64,000 nt of DNA from assembly GCA_045863855.1 (NCBI GenBank), contig BTVV01000020.1, positions 8,936 to 72,935 of the forward strand, written 5' to 3'. The stretch comes from Planctomycetota bacterium (GTDB taxonomy: Bacteria > Planctomycetota > SZUA-567 > H5-PLA8). The translations under genes and the position numbers were made by a program. Numbering within the stretch: position 1 is the stretch's first letter; each line of letters opens with the position of its first letter. Shown piece after piece: positions 52,566-63,726 of the stretch. The notes beneath the pieces are model-generated. The model was not told the DNA's origin and ran no database searches. It worked only from the letters and a program-made list of their open reading frames with translations.

Positions 52566-53390
52566 ATGCCCGCCGCCCTCTCCGATGCCGCGTTGCAAGT
52601 CTCGACCGAGCAAGCGGCCTTCTTTCATCGCGAGGGCTACCTGACCCTCGGCGCGCTGACCACCCCGGACGAACTGGCGTGGCTGCGCGAAGTCTACGAC
52701 CGGCTCTTCCGCGAGCAGGTAGGGCGCAAGGAAGGCGCTCATCTCGATCTGGCGGGAACCGACGAGGACGGCCAGCAGGCGGCGCTCCCGCAGATCATGA
52801 ACCCCGCGCGGTTCGTACCGGAATTGGAGCACACCCAGTACCGCAAGAATGCGCTGGCCGTAGCCCGGCAGCTCTTCGGGCCGTCCGCGCGCTACCGCGG
52901 CGAACACATGATCTACAAGCCGCCGCATCACGGCGCCGCGACGCCGTGGCATCAGGACCAGGCTTACCACCATCCCGGCTTCGTATACCGCCAAGTAAAC
53001 GTCTGGATGCCGCTGCAGGAAGCGACCGTCGAGAACGGCTGCATGCAGTACGTCCCGCGCAGCCACGAGGGGTTCGGCGTCTTGCCGCACCATCATATCG
53101 GGCACGATCCGCGCATTCACGGCCTGGAAGTGGACGCGCCCGAACGCTGCTTCGAACGGGTCGTCGCGTGCCCCGTACCGGCCGGCGGCGCGGCGTTGCA
53201 TCACAGCTACCTGCTGCACTACGCCGGTCCGAACCGCTCCCCGGTTCCGCGCCGCGCGTACATATTGACCTTCGCGCTGGAACCCGAACCGCGCGCGGCG
53301 CCGCTGGAAATGCCGTGGCAGCAGGAATCGAAGACCGCGCGGCAACAGAGAGAGAAAGCCTTTCGCGAGCAGGCCGAAAGCAAAGCGTAA
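52566..53390 (+). CDS. PhyH-family Fe(II)/2OG dioxygenase
   Basis: FHREGY, TPWHQD, ENGCM.YVPRSH, LHYAGPN.S..RR. Confidence 0.9.
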   Translation: MPAALSDAALQVSTEQAAFFHREGYLTLGALTTPDELAWLREVYDRLFREQVGRKEGAHLDLAGTDEDGQQAALPQIMNPARFVPELEHTQYRKNALAVARQLFGPSARYRGEHMIYKPPHHGAATPWHQDQAYHHPGFVYRQVNVWMPLQEATVENGCMQYVPRSHEGFGVLPHHHIGHDPRIHGLEVDAPERCFERVVACPVPAGGAALHHSYLLHYAGPNRSPVPRRAYILTFALEPEPRAAPLEMPWQQESKTARQQREKAFREQAESKA

Positions 53391-53438
53391 GCAGCGCGCG
53401 GCTGAAGCGCTCCGGCGGGTCCGCGCCGGTCCTCCAAG

Positions 53439-53574
53439 TAGATTGACCCCCATTCGATATTAAATAGATTGAACTTACCGGCGGGAACGGGGCGGGCGTG
53501 GGTTGCGGCTTCGGCCCGCGGCCTCGCTTACGCCTCACTATCCGGCGGCTCGTAGACGTTAATTTTGCCGGTAA
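53439..53574 (+). promoter_or_regulatory. katG promoter and structured 5' leader
   Basis: TTGACC-16-TAGATT; TAGATTGA direct repeat; 53475-53486 pairs with 53563-53574 around a cUUCGg hairpin. Confidence 0.5.
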
Positions 53575-53587
53575 CCGACTATTTTAA

Positions 53588-55777
<2,190 letters not shown>

Positions 55778-55797
55778 CTGCGAAGCGGCAGGAGAGC

Positions 55798-55838
55798 GTA
55801 GCCGGGGGTAAGCGCGCCCGAGCGCGCGACAACCCCGG
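55798..55838. repeat. REP-like palindromic element
   Basis: GTAG followed by CCGGGGGT...ACCCCGG, with an inner GCGCGC/GCGCGC stem. Confidence 0.45.
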
Positions 55839-55856
55839 AAAATCTAGCAACGATCC

Positions 55857-56110
55857 TTAAGATTCGCGGGCTCGATTGCCGGTTGGATCCATCATTATTT
55901 GCCATTCACACTTTGAACAATACATCGGGTAGAGGGGCCACCTGGATTGCGAAGTATGACAACGTCCGATTTTTGTCTACCGAATGGCATTCGACATTTG
56001 GGGCATCGCCAGTGCTCGCGACTACGAACCTGAATATGGAAGAGCTTTTCTAAGATGAATAGAGCGAGTACCGCTAAGGGAATCGCGATGATGACGTATA
56101 TGCCTATCAT
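55857..56110 (-). pseudogene. Low-GC membrane-anchored zinc-ribbon-like ORF, apparently frameshifted
   Basis: Frame 0 gives TM + CPKC and stops at 55895; the -1 frame carries YCSKC...TAA at 55857. Confidence 0.45.
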
Positions 56111-56115
56111 ATCAT

Positions 56116-57297
56116 TTACGGTCGCGGCGCAGGCTGTTCCGTCACCGTCTCGCCCTTGCTCGCGTCCACCTGAATCCAGTCCGGGCGCGCCTTGTTGTAC
56201 TGCCACCAGCTCCGGTAATCCTCGGCCGTCTCGTACCCTTCGCCGGTCAGATGCTTCAAGGTCTCCAGCGCCGCCGCGCGCACGTCCGGCGCTTCGGCGT
56301 CCGCGATCTCCAGCAAAAACTCCATCGCTTCCACCGACTTGAAATAAGCCAGGTGCCGCACCATCCCCGCGCGCCCCGGACGGTACCGTTCGTACGCCTT
56401 CTTGATGTACATCACCGCCTTCGGATACTGCATCCACGCCAGCGACTGCCCCGCCACGTCGCGCAGCCGCTCGTCCTGGTCGTCGAGCACCGCGTCGAGC
56501 AGCGCCTTGAGCGCCTCCGGTTCGCGTGCGCGCAAGCGGCCCAACGCAAATGCCGAAGCCAACCGCCCGTCTTTATCGGTGCTCCGCGTCAGGACCGTAG
56601 TCAACGTCCGGGCCGCCGGCTTGTATTCCATATAGCCCAGCGTGAACGCGATCCCGTCGATATGCTCGCCGCGGTGCGCGTCGAGGTCGGTAATCAGTTC
56701 GTCGGCCAGTTTCGCGTCGGCCAGTTCGGCCAGCGTCTCGGCCGCTTGGCGGCGCACCGCCGGATGCCGGTCCTGCAGCATCAGACGCACCGAACGGACC
56801 ACCGATTCGGTCTTGTCGCGCAGACGCTTCAGTGCATCCAGCACCGCCTGCCGCTTCAACTCGTTCTCTTCTTCGATGTGATGCAGGATATACGGCACCA
56901 TCGCCTTGCCTTTGCGCTGGATGTTGCGCATCAGCGATTCGTACTCCTGCTTGTCGTAATTGATCGCCCCGTTCATCAACTGCCCGGCCAGTGCGGCCAG
57001 CTCTTTCTGATTCTTCTTCGCGGCATCCATCACCATCAGCACCAACTGGTCGCTGTCGGCGCCTTCCATCCCGCCCTTTTTGGCCGCGGCTTTCAGCACG
57101 ATCAGCTTGTCGCTCCCGTCGTCGAACTGGCAGTCCGAATCGCGGAACTTGGCTTCGAGCACCTTCAGCGAAAACCCGGCCTCGAGCATCCGCTCCAGCG
57201 CCTGGTTATCGAGGATCTCGCCGGCCCGAGCGTCGGGCACGCAAAAAACGACCGTGCACAAACCCAACGCCAGCCACCTAGATACGTTCTGCTTCAC
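56116..57297 (-). CDS. Secreted HEAT-repeat protein
   Basis: Signal peptide (ARA); LQDRHPAVRRQAAETL and other HEAT repeats; C-terminal L..LTG.....WW. Confidence 0.8.
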   Translation of the reverse strand: MKQNVSRWLALGLCTVVFCVPDARAGEILDNQALERMLEAGFSLKVLEAKFRDSDCQFDDGSDKLIVLKAAAKKGGMEGADSDQLVLMVMDAAKKNQKELAALAGQLMNGAINYDKQEYESLMRNIQRKGKAMVPYILHHIEEENELKRQAVLDALKRLRDKTESVVRSVRLMLQDRHPAVRRQAAETLAELADAKLADELITDLDAHRGEHIDGIAFTLGYMEYKPAARTLTTVLTRSTDKDGRLASAFALGRLRAREPEALKALLDAVLDDQDERLRDVAGQSLAWMQYPKAVMYIKKAYERYRPGRAGMVRHLAYFKSVEAMEFLLEIADAEAPDVRAAALETLKHLTGEGYETAEDYRSWWQYNKARPDWIQVDASKGETVTEQPAPRP

Positions 57298-57454
57298 GAT
57301 CGATTCTCCCGGCCCGCGCCCACCCTAGGCGCCGGACCCAAACCGGCTATTATAGGACGTTCGAAAGCGGGCTCTATGAGTAATTGACGCCTTTATCGAG
57401 CCTGTCGGGACCGTTTTTGCCGGCGGAGCCGGAGTGCCGAAACGAACCTCCGGA

Positions 57455-57860
57455 ACCGTTTGTGGAAAGCGCGCGGGCAACCGTGGAAAAACCCACGCAT
57501 AGCGCTCGGAAACCGCACGCGCGATACGTTCAAAAGGACGCCGGTTCTCCACACCCGTCCACAGCCGGGACGATGTGGGTCCGGAAACCTTCAGCACCCT
57601 AAGATCGAACGGCTTCACCCCGAGTCTGGTGGAAAGCCGCGCTGGCACACACGAAGCCTTGCGGATGGACCGAAAAATGGTTCTTCTTAGGGTCAACACA
57701 GCCTCCCGATTCGATCCGCCCGCTGTCCACATTCCGATTCATTCCCAGCCATTCGCACAACTGAATCGCTCAAAACGGGTTGCACTTACAACAAAATGCT
57801 TTTCCACGGTTGCCGAGCACCCTGATGATGAAGATGATGATGTTATATTCATCTTCAAAG
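57455..57860. other. Candidate chromosomal replication origin (oriC)
   Basis: DnaA-box-like 9-mers at 57461, 57482, 57545, 57555, 57628, 57723 and 57800; GAT run at 57824-57841; AT-rich stretch; directly upstream of dnaN. Confidence 0.55.
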
Positions 57861-57920
57861 AGCCACGGACGACGGCACACCTTTAAAGGATCCGCGCGCC
57901 CGGTCAGGAGAACGTGAGTC

Positions 57921-59030
57921 ATGAAGCTTGTGGTGAAGCGCGAACCTTTTCTCGCCGCGTTGTCGGCGGCCTCTGCAGTCGTTCCCCTGCGAGGCGTGCG
58001 GCCCAATCTGAAGAACGCCTTGCTCGTCGCGTCCGCCGACGGCAACTTGGAGATCCAGGCTACCGATCTCGAAGTCGGTGTGCGCTACAAGCTCAAAGCC
58101 GAATCGATCAAGGATCCGGCTTCGTTGTGTCTGCCCTGTCAGACGCTCGCGGGACTCCTGAAAGAATGTACCGAAGACGTGGTGACGCTCGACACCGAAG
58201 GCAGCAAGGGGATTCTCAAGGTCGGCCGCGACCGCTTCGAAGTGCTGGGGCAGGAATCCAGCGACTTCCCCGAAGTGCCCGACTTGGGCGAAGGTGCGGT
58301 GCTGCCCATTCCCGCCGGCGACCTGGCCAGCATGATTGACCGGACGCTCTTTGCCGCCGCGCGTGAACAGGGCCGCTTCGCCATCAACGGCATCTACATG
58401 CAGTGCAAGGATAAGCTGCTCGAAGTGGTTGCCACCGACGGGCACCGCCTGGCCTACTGCAAGAAGAAGCTCAAAACCGCTGGCGGCGTCGACGACGGCG
58501 TGATCGTGCCGCTCAAGATGATGCAGGAAGTCCGCAAACTCTGCGAAAGCGTTGGCGAAGGCGAAGCCGTCGAACTGGCCGTCCGCGGGCGCAGCGTGAT
58601 CGTGAAGGGCGGCGACGTGACGCTCTCCAGCCTGCTCGTCGAAGGCATCTTCCCCAAGTACCAGCAAGTGATCCCGAAGGACAACGACCGCGAAGCGACC
58701 TTCAAGCGCGAAGACATCTTCCAGGCTCTGCGCAAAGCGATGTACCTCACCAGCGACGAGACGCGCGTCGTGAAGCTCGTCTTCTCGCCCGGTACGTGCC
58801 TTATCGAGGCCCGCAGCCCCGACAAGGGCGAAGCCGCGGTGACCGTCGAGTGCGAATTCCAGGGCGGCGAACTGGATATCAGCTTCAATCCGCAGTACGT
58901 CCGCGAAGCGCTGAACGTGCTCAAGGAAGAGAAAATCCGCTTCGAGATGAAAGACGGCAGCCGTTCAGGCGTGCTCTGCGAAGGCGCCGATTTCCTGTAC
59001 GTGCTGATGCCCGTGAGCCAGAAGTCGTAA
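57921..59030 (+). CDS. dnaN: DNA polymerase III beta sliding clamp
   Basis: ATDLE, VATDGHRLA, EGIFPKYQQVIP, ISFNPQYV, YVLMPV. Confidence 0.97.
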   Translation: MKLVVKREPFLAALSAASAVVPLRGVRPNLKNALLVASADGNLEIQATDLEVGVRYKLKAESIKDPASLCLPCQTLAGLLKECTEDVVTLDTEGSKGILKVGRDRFEVLGQESSDFPEVPDLGEGAVLPIPAGDLASMIDRTLFAAAREQGRFAINGIYMQCKDKLLEVVATDGHRLAYCKKKLKTAGGVDDGVIVPLKMMQEVRKLCESVGEGEAVELAVRGRSVIVKGGDVTLSSLLVEGIFPKYQQVIPKDNDREATFKREDIFQALRKAMYLTSDETRVVKLVFSPGTCLIEARSPDKGEAAVTVECEFQGGELDISFNPQYVREALNVLKEEKIRFEMKDGSRSGVLCEGADFLYVLMPVSQKS

Positions 59031-59071
59031 GCGAACGCGGGCGCCGCTGCCCGCTGGTTTGAAGGCCGATC

Positions 59072-59380
59072 ATGGCCAAAACGCCGCGGCCCACCGCGCT
59101 GGGCGATATTCTCAAGCAGGTCGTCCGCAAGGAAGGCCTGGGCAAGCATAAGCTCGAAGGCCGCCGGCTTGCTCGCAAGGCTCTGCACGACAAACTGGGC
59201 CCGGAGCTGAGCCCCCACGCTGACGTGGCCAACGTTCGAACCGGCGTGGTCACCGTCGAAGTCGACAGCGCCGCGCTCTTCCAGGAACTCGAAGGCTTCC
59301 GCCGCGAAGAACTGGCCGCCGCGTTCCGCGAAGCCGGTCTTAAAGTCCGCGAAGTGCGCGTGAAACTCGCGGCGAAGTAA
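59072..59380 (+). CDS. DUF721/DciA family helicase-operator protein
   Basis: P.ALGDIL...GVVTVEVDSAALFQEL; typical position downstream of dnaN. Confidence 0.8.
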   Translation: MAKTPRPTALGDILKQVVRKEGLGKHKLEGRRLARKALHDKLGPELSPHADVANVRTGVVTVEVDSAALFQELEGFRREELAAAFREAGLKVREVRVKLAAK

Positions 59381-59384
59381 GTTG

Positions 59385-59540
59385 TTTTTACCGCGGAAAC
59401 GCAGTGCGCGCAGAGCACGTCAAACGTTGGGGGTAGAGGGCGAGTCGAGTACTGTAGCCGCAATCCAAAAAGCATCCGTCTCGTAAATTCTAAATAGATT
59501 TTCGCCCTACTCCGCGTCCTCTGCGCCTCCGCGGTGAAAA
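59385..59540. repeat. Imperfect 31-bp inverted repeats flanking a lower-GC spacer (MITE/REPIN-like)
   Basis: 59385-59415 versus the reverse complement of 59510-59540: 24/31 identical by manual alignment. Confidence 0.7.
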
Positions 59541-59546
59541 CAGCCC

Positions 59547-60434
59547 TTACACCAGCGCGAAGTTGCTCTGCTCCGGCAGCGGCGCTTTGCGCTTGAGCGG
59601 CTGGCCGGCAAGCAGCGCTTCGAACTCCTGTTTCACCTCGGCCATGCTCGGATAGCGGTCCTCGGCCTGCAACGCGACCATGTGCGCGATGATGCTGCAG
59701 AAACCGTTCGAGAGGCTCGGGCACAGCGTCTTGGGGTGCGGCATTTTTCCGCGCGTGTGCCGGATCATCACCATCGTTGCGTTGCGTTCGTTGTACGGCG
59801 CTTGGCCCGTAACGGCAAAGTAGAGCGAGCAGCCTAAACTGTATTGGTCGATCCGCCCGTCCACGTGCGCCGATGCGCGCGCCTGTTCGGGCGCCATGAA
59901 CGTGGGCGTGCCCAGCACCGTTCCTTGCCGGGTCAGGCTCGTCGCGTGCGGCGTCACGCCTTTGGCCAGACCCAAGTCGGCCAGTTTTGGCGTACCGTCG
60001 CGTGTGAGCAGGATGTTGTCGGGCTTCACGTCGCGGTGCACCACCGCGGCCCGATGCAGGTATTCCAGCGCATCGCAGATCGCCACCGCGATGCGGACCA
60101 CTTCCTTCTCTTTCAGCCGGTGCTCCGACTGCACCCGCGACTTCAGGTTCACCCCGTCGATGTACTCCATCGCGAAGAAGTAATACTCGGCATCCTCGCC
60201 GACGTCGTACCCGGCCACGATATGCGGATGGTGCAGCGAACTGAGCACCTTCGCCTCGCGCAAGAAGCGTTCGATCCCCGTCCCGGTGGCATGCTCGAGC
60301 TTGGGGATCAGTTTGAGCGCCACGATGCGGTCTTGGGCCGTATCGCGGGCGCGGAAAACGGTGCCCATCCCGCCGGCCGCGACGGCCTGGATCAGCTCGT
60401 ACGGTCCCACGCGCGGGGGCATATCGGCGTCCAT
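59547..60434 (-). CDS. Ser/Thr protein kinase (soluble, single domain)
   Basis: AGGMGTVF, VALK, HRDVKPDN, DLG, GTPTFMAPEQ; start at ATG 60434. Confidence 0.92.
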   Translation of the reverse strand: MDADMPPRVGPYELIQAVAAGGMGTVFRARDTAQDRIVALKLIPKLEHATGTGIERFLREAKVLSSLHHPHIVAGYDVGEDAEYYFFAMEYIDGVNLKSRVQSEHRLKEKEVVRIAVAICDALEYLHRAAVVHRDVKPDNILLTRDGTPKLADLGLAKGVTPHATSLTRQGTVLGTPTFMAPEQARASAHVDGRIDQYSLGCSLYFAVTGQAPYNERNATMVMIRHTRGKMPHPKTLCPSLSNGFCSIIAHMVALQAEDRYPSMAEVKQEFEALLAGQPLKRKAPLPEQSNFALV

Positions 60435-60638
60435 GGCGGCTCCAAGCCCGGATTCGGGCTCGTCTTTCTTATCCGTGCAGGCGTACCCTCGCAAGAGGAC
60501 CTCCCGGGAAGATTGCTCCCGTGCGCAACTGCTGGCCGTCAAAAAACATCCAAGAGGCATGACCTTCCGTACAACATACGCATTAAGAAAGCTGAGCGTT
60601 CGCCGTTGTTGGTGAAGAAAGCAGGTTTGGAGGCCTAC

Positions 60639-61190
60639 ATGCAAGCGGCCCAAACGCACCCGGAATCCGCGGTTCCGGGAACCGATCCCGCCTGGGTCCG
60701 CCAGGCCGTCGTCGAGTTCGAGGGTCCGTTGACCCTTTATGCGGCGCGGCTGCTGGGCGACGTGGAGGCCGCTCGGGATGTGGTGCAGGAAGCGTTTATG
60801 AAGCTTTGCCGGCAACCGCAAAGCGAAGTGGACGGGCACCTTAGGGAATGGCTCTTCACCGTCTGCCGCCACCGGGCGCTGGACGTCCGCCGCAAGGAGA
60901 AACGGATGACCTCGCTGACCGCCACCCAGGCCGAACGCGCGCGCCCGCCGCAAACGCCGCCCGCCGAGGCCTACGAACGCCAGGAAACCGCCGCACACGT
61001 GCTTGCCGCGCTGGAGCACCTCCCCGAATCGCAGCAGGAAGTCTTGAGGCTCAAGTTTCAGCACGGCCTTTCCTACAAGGAAATCAGCCGCGTGACGGAA
61101 CTGAGCATCAGCCACGTCGGCGTCTTGATCCATCAGGGCCTGAAGACCCTGCGCCAGCAGTTTGCCGAGCGCCCGCCCGTAGCCCACTGA
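60639..61190 (+). CDS. ECF-type RNA polymerase sigma factor
   Basis: GGAGG RBS; ARDVVQEAF, WLFTVCRH, GLSYKEIS. Confidence 0.9.
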   Translation: MQAAQTHPESAVPGTDPAWVRQAVVEFEGPLTLYAARLLGDVEAARDVVQEAFMKLCRQPQSEVDGHLREWLFTVCRHRALDVRRKEKRMTSLTATQAERARPPQTPPAEAYERQETAAHVLAALEHLPESQQEVLRLKFQHGLSYKEISRVTELSISHVGVLIHQGLKTLRQQFAERPPVAH

Positions 61191-61221
61191 GCGAATTTCG
61201 AAAAATTAAGGAACCCAAACC

Positions 61222-63519
61222 ATGACGAACCTGATCGACGATCCGATGCTGACCGCCTATGCGCTGGGCGAATACGAGGCGCTGGGGCCCGGCGAGCGCG
61301 AGTCGCTCGAACGCGCCGTCGCCGCCGATCCCGAACTGAGTGCCTACGTCGAGAGCCTCCGCCAAGCCGCGGGGACGCTCGAAGCGAGCCTCGCCGCCGA
61401 ACCCGCGCCGGGCTTGGCCGCGGAGCAGAAGGCGGCGATCGAACAGGCGGTGCTATCCACCACAGTGATCACGGAGCGCACGGAGAAGGTCAAAGTTCAC
61501 CGCTGGACGAAACCGGCCCTGTCTCTGGCGGCGTGCGCGATGCTCGCGGCGACGGTGTGCATCGCGGTGGTGGGGCTGAGTTTCAAGGAGCAGGGACGGT
61601 TGGTGTTGCCTCATTCTGAGGCGCAAGAGATTTACAGGCGTACGGATTACGACCACGATGGCGTATTGGAGCTTATAAAGTCTGGACAAGATGCTGGCGG
61701 CAAGCTTTACGAACTCAACCCCGGAAAGGGCGACTTGACGCTGGTAGATTCAGCCTTTACGCGTGCCGAAGGGGAGAAAGGACATAAGGCTAATGCAGAT
61801 TCCAAACGAGAAGCGGTCGTTGAACTCCATATCGTGGACCCAAGTGACCTTCCTCATGCAGTAACCGATTTCCAGATTCCCAACGTTGAGCAGAAAGAGA
61901 AGCTTGCGCGACAACAAGCCAAAGCTGTCCTTGGAAACGAAGCGCCGGTAAATCCCTTTGCCGAAGCGGTTACGAAGGATTTACCTCCTAGAGTTGCGGA
62001 AGCGAAGACCGAGAACCAATACGGCTCCAACGCCCCCGTCGCCGTCCTCACGCCTCCTCCCGCGCCTCCGCCACCCTCCGTGCCCGGTACCGAGACCTAC
62101 GAGCCCGTCAAGCCCAACCCCTTCAAGCAAGCCCGCGGCGCCGACGCCGTCTCCACCTTCAGCATCGACGTCGACCGCGCCAGCTACGCCAACGTCCGCC
62201 GCTTCCTCAACCAGGGCCAACTTCCGCCCGATGACGCCGTGCGCATCGAGGAACTGATCAACTACTTCGATTACGGCTACGCGCCGCCCGCCGACGCACA
62301 CCCTTTCGCCGCGCATACGGCCGTCGCCACCTGCCCGTGGAACCCCAAGCACCGCGTCGCGCGCATCGGCATCAAGGGCCGCGAGATCGCCTGGGAGAAC
62401 CGCCCGCAAAGCAACCTCGTCTTTCTGCTCGACGTCTCCGGGAGCATGAACGAGCCCAACAAGCTCCCGCTCGTCAAGAACGCCATGAAGCTCCTGGTCG
62501 ACAAGCTTGGCGAGAACGACCGCGTCTCGATGGTTGTCTACGCCGGCGCGGCGGGGCTGGTCCTGCCGCCCACGCGCGGCGACGCCAAGCCTCAGATTCT
62601 CGGCGCGCTCGATAACCTCCAAGCTGGCGGGAGCACCAACGGCGGGCAGGGCATCGAACTGGCTTACGCCACCGCCAAACAGCAGTTCATCAAGGGCGGC
62701 GCCAACCGTGTGATCCTCTGCACCGACGGCGACTTCAACGTCGGCGTCAGCGACCGCGGCGGGCTGGTGCGCCTGATCGAAGAGCAGGCTAAGAGCGGCG
62801 TCTTCCTCAGCGTTCTCGGCTTCGGCATGGGCAACTACAAGGACGCCAACCTCGAACAGCTCGCCGACAAAGGCAACGGGAACTACGCCTACATCGACAC
62901 CGAGAAAGAAGCACAGAAGGTTTTCGTCCACGAACTGGCCGGCACCCTGCTCACCATCGCCAAGGACGTGAAAATCCAGGTCGAGTTCAACCCCGCGCAG
63001 GTCGACGCCTACCGCCTGCTGGGCTACGAGAACCGTATGCTGGCGCGCGAAGACTTCAACGACGACGCCAAGGACGCCGGCGAGATCGGAGCCGGGCATT
63101 GCGTCACGGCGCTCTACGAAATCGTGCCCAAGGGCCGCTACGCCGAACTCGTCGGCGCCGACCCGCTCAAGTACCAGGAAGAAGGCGCGCTCACCTCGGC
63201 CGCCGACAACAACGAACTCTTCACTCTGAAGCTGCGCTACAAGCAGCCCGACGGCGAGAAGAGCACGCTGATGGAAACCACCGTGACCGACAACTTGCAG
63301 GGGCTCGAAAAAGCCGACCTCGATTTCCGCTTCGCCGCGGCCGTCGCGTACTTCGGCATGCAGCTCCGCCAGAGCCCCTACCGCGGGAACGCCAATTGGG
63401 AGCTCGTCCGCGAACTGGCCACCGAGAGCAAAGGCGCCGATACCAACGGCTACCGCGCCGAATTCCTTCAACTGGTCGAACGCGCCGCGCAACTCGCCAC
63501 GCCGCCCGCCGGGCGTTGA
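61222..63519 (+). CDS. Anti-sigma-like membrane protein with YfbK-type vWA domain (vWF_A + vWA + DUF3520)
   Basis: LTAYALGE N-terminus, TM, STFSIDVDRASY, DVSGS MIDAS, TDGDFNVG, YRLLGYENR, DAGEIG. Confidence 0.9.
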   Translation: MTNLIDDPMLTAYALGEYEALGPGERESLERAVAADPELSAYVESLRQAAGTLEASLAAEPAPGLAAEQKAAIEQAVLSTTVITERTEKVKVHRWTKPALSLAACAMLAATVCIAVVGLSFKEQGRLVLPHSEAQEIYRRTDYDHDGVLELIKSGQDAGGKLYELNPGKGDLTLVDSAFTRAEGEKGHKANADSKREAVVELHIVDPSDLPHAVTDFQIPNVEQKEKLARQQAKAVLGNEAPVNPFAEAVTKDLPPRVAEAKTENQYGSNAPVAVLTPPPAPPPPSVPGTETYEPVKPNPFKQARGADAVSTFSIDVDRASYANVRRFLNQGQLPPDDAVRIEELINYFDYGYAPPADAHPFAAHTAVATCPWNPKHRVARIGIKGREIAWENRPQSNLVFLLDVSGSMNEPNKLPLVKNAMKLLVDKLGENDRVSMVVYAGAAGLVLPPTRGDAKPQILGALDNLQAGGSTNGGQGIELAYATAKQQFIKGGANRVILCTDGDFNVGVSDRGGLVRLIEEQAKSGVFLSVLGFGMGNYKDANLEQLADKGNGNYAYIDTEKEAQKVFVHELAGTLLTIAKDVKIQVEFNPAQVDAYRLLGYENRMLAREDFNDDAKDAGEIGAGHCVTALYEIVPKGRYAELVGADPLKYQEEGALTSAADNNELFTLKLRYKQPDGEKSTLMETTVTDNLQGLEKADLDFRFAAAVAYFGMQLRQSPYRGNANWELVRELATESKGADTNGYRAEFLQLVERAAQLATPPAGR

Positions 63520-63726
63520 ACCCGGGAGACCCGGGCGCCCTCGTCCGGAGGGGCTGTTGCGGCCGGTCGGCGGGCGGGGGCGCCCGCCGCTCCCGTTCTC
63601 CGGCCGTTAACGACTCTTTCCCATCCCCTCCCCCACTTGCTCCCCGCTGCGTTCGCTCTAAAAGAAAGGGGCGCAAACGCTTAATAGCACCGACGTCCTT
63701 CCTATACGCAGCGCGGGGGCCTTCCG

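Noticed and set aside
51690..53390. PhyH proteins as possible halogenases
   Set aside because: Both retain HxD; Fe/2OG halogenases have HxA or HxG.
57325..57886. Short ORFs in the gap upstream of dnaN, including one with DDEDDD
   Set aside because: Better explained as non-coding DnaA-box and GAT-repeat sequence; none resembles DnaA.
59547..61190. Apparent long overlap of the kinase (546 aa) and sigma (448 aa) ORFs
   Set aside because: Both extensions are antisense shadows; the domains begin at 60434 (-) and 60639 (+).
63520..63700. Cluster of short GC hairpins and a pyrimidine-rich tract after the vWA gene
   Set aside because: No clear U-tract or recognisable RNA family; insufficient evidence.
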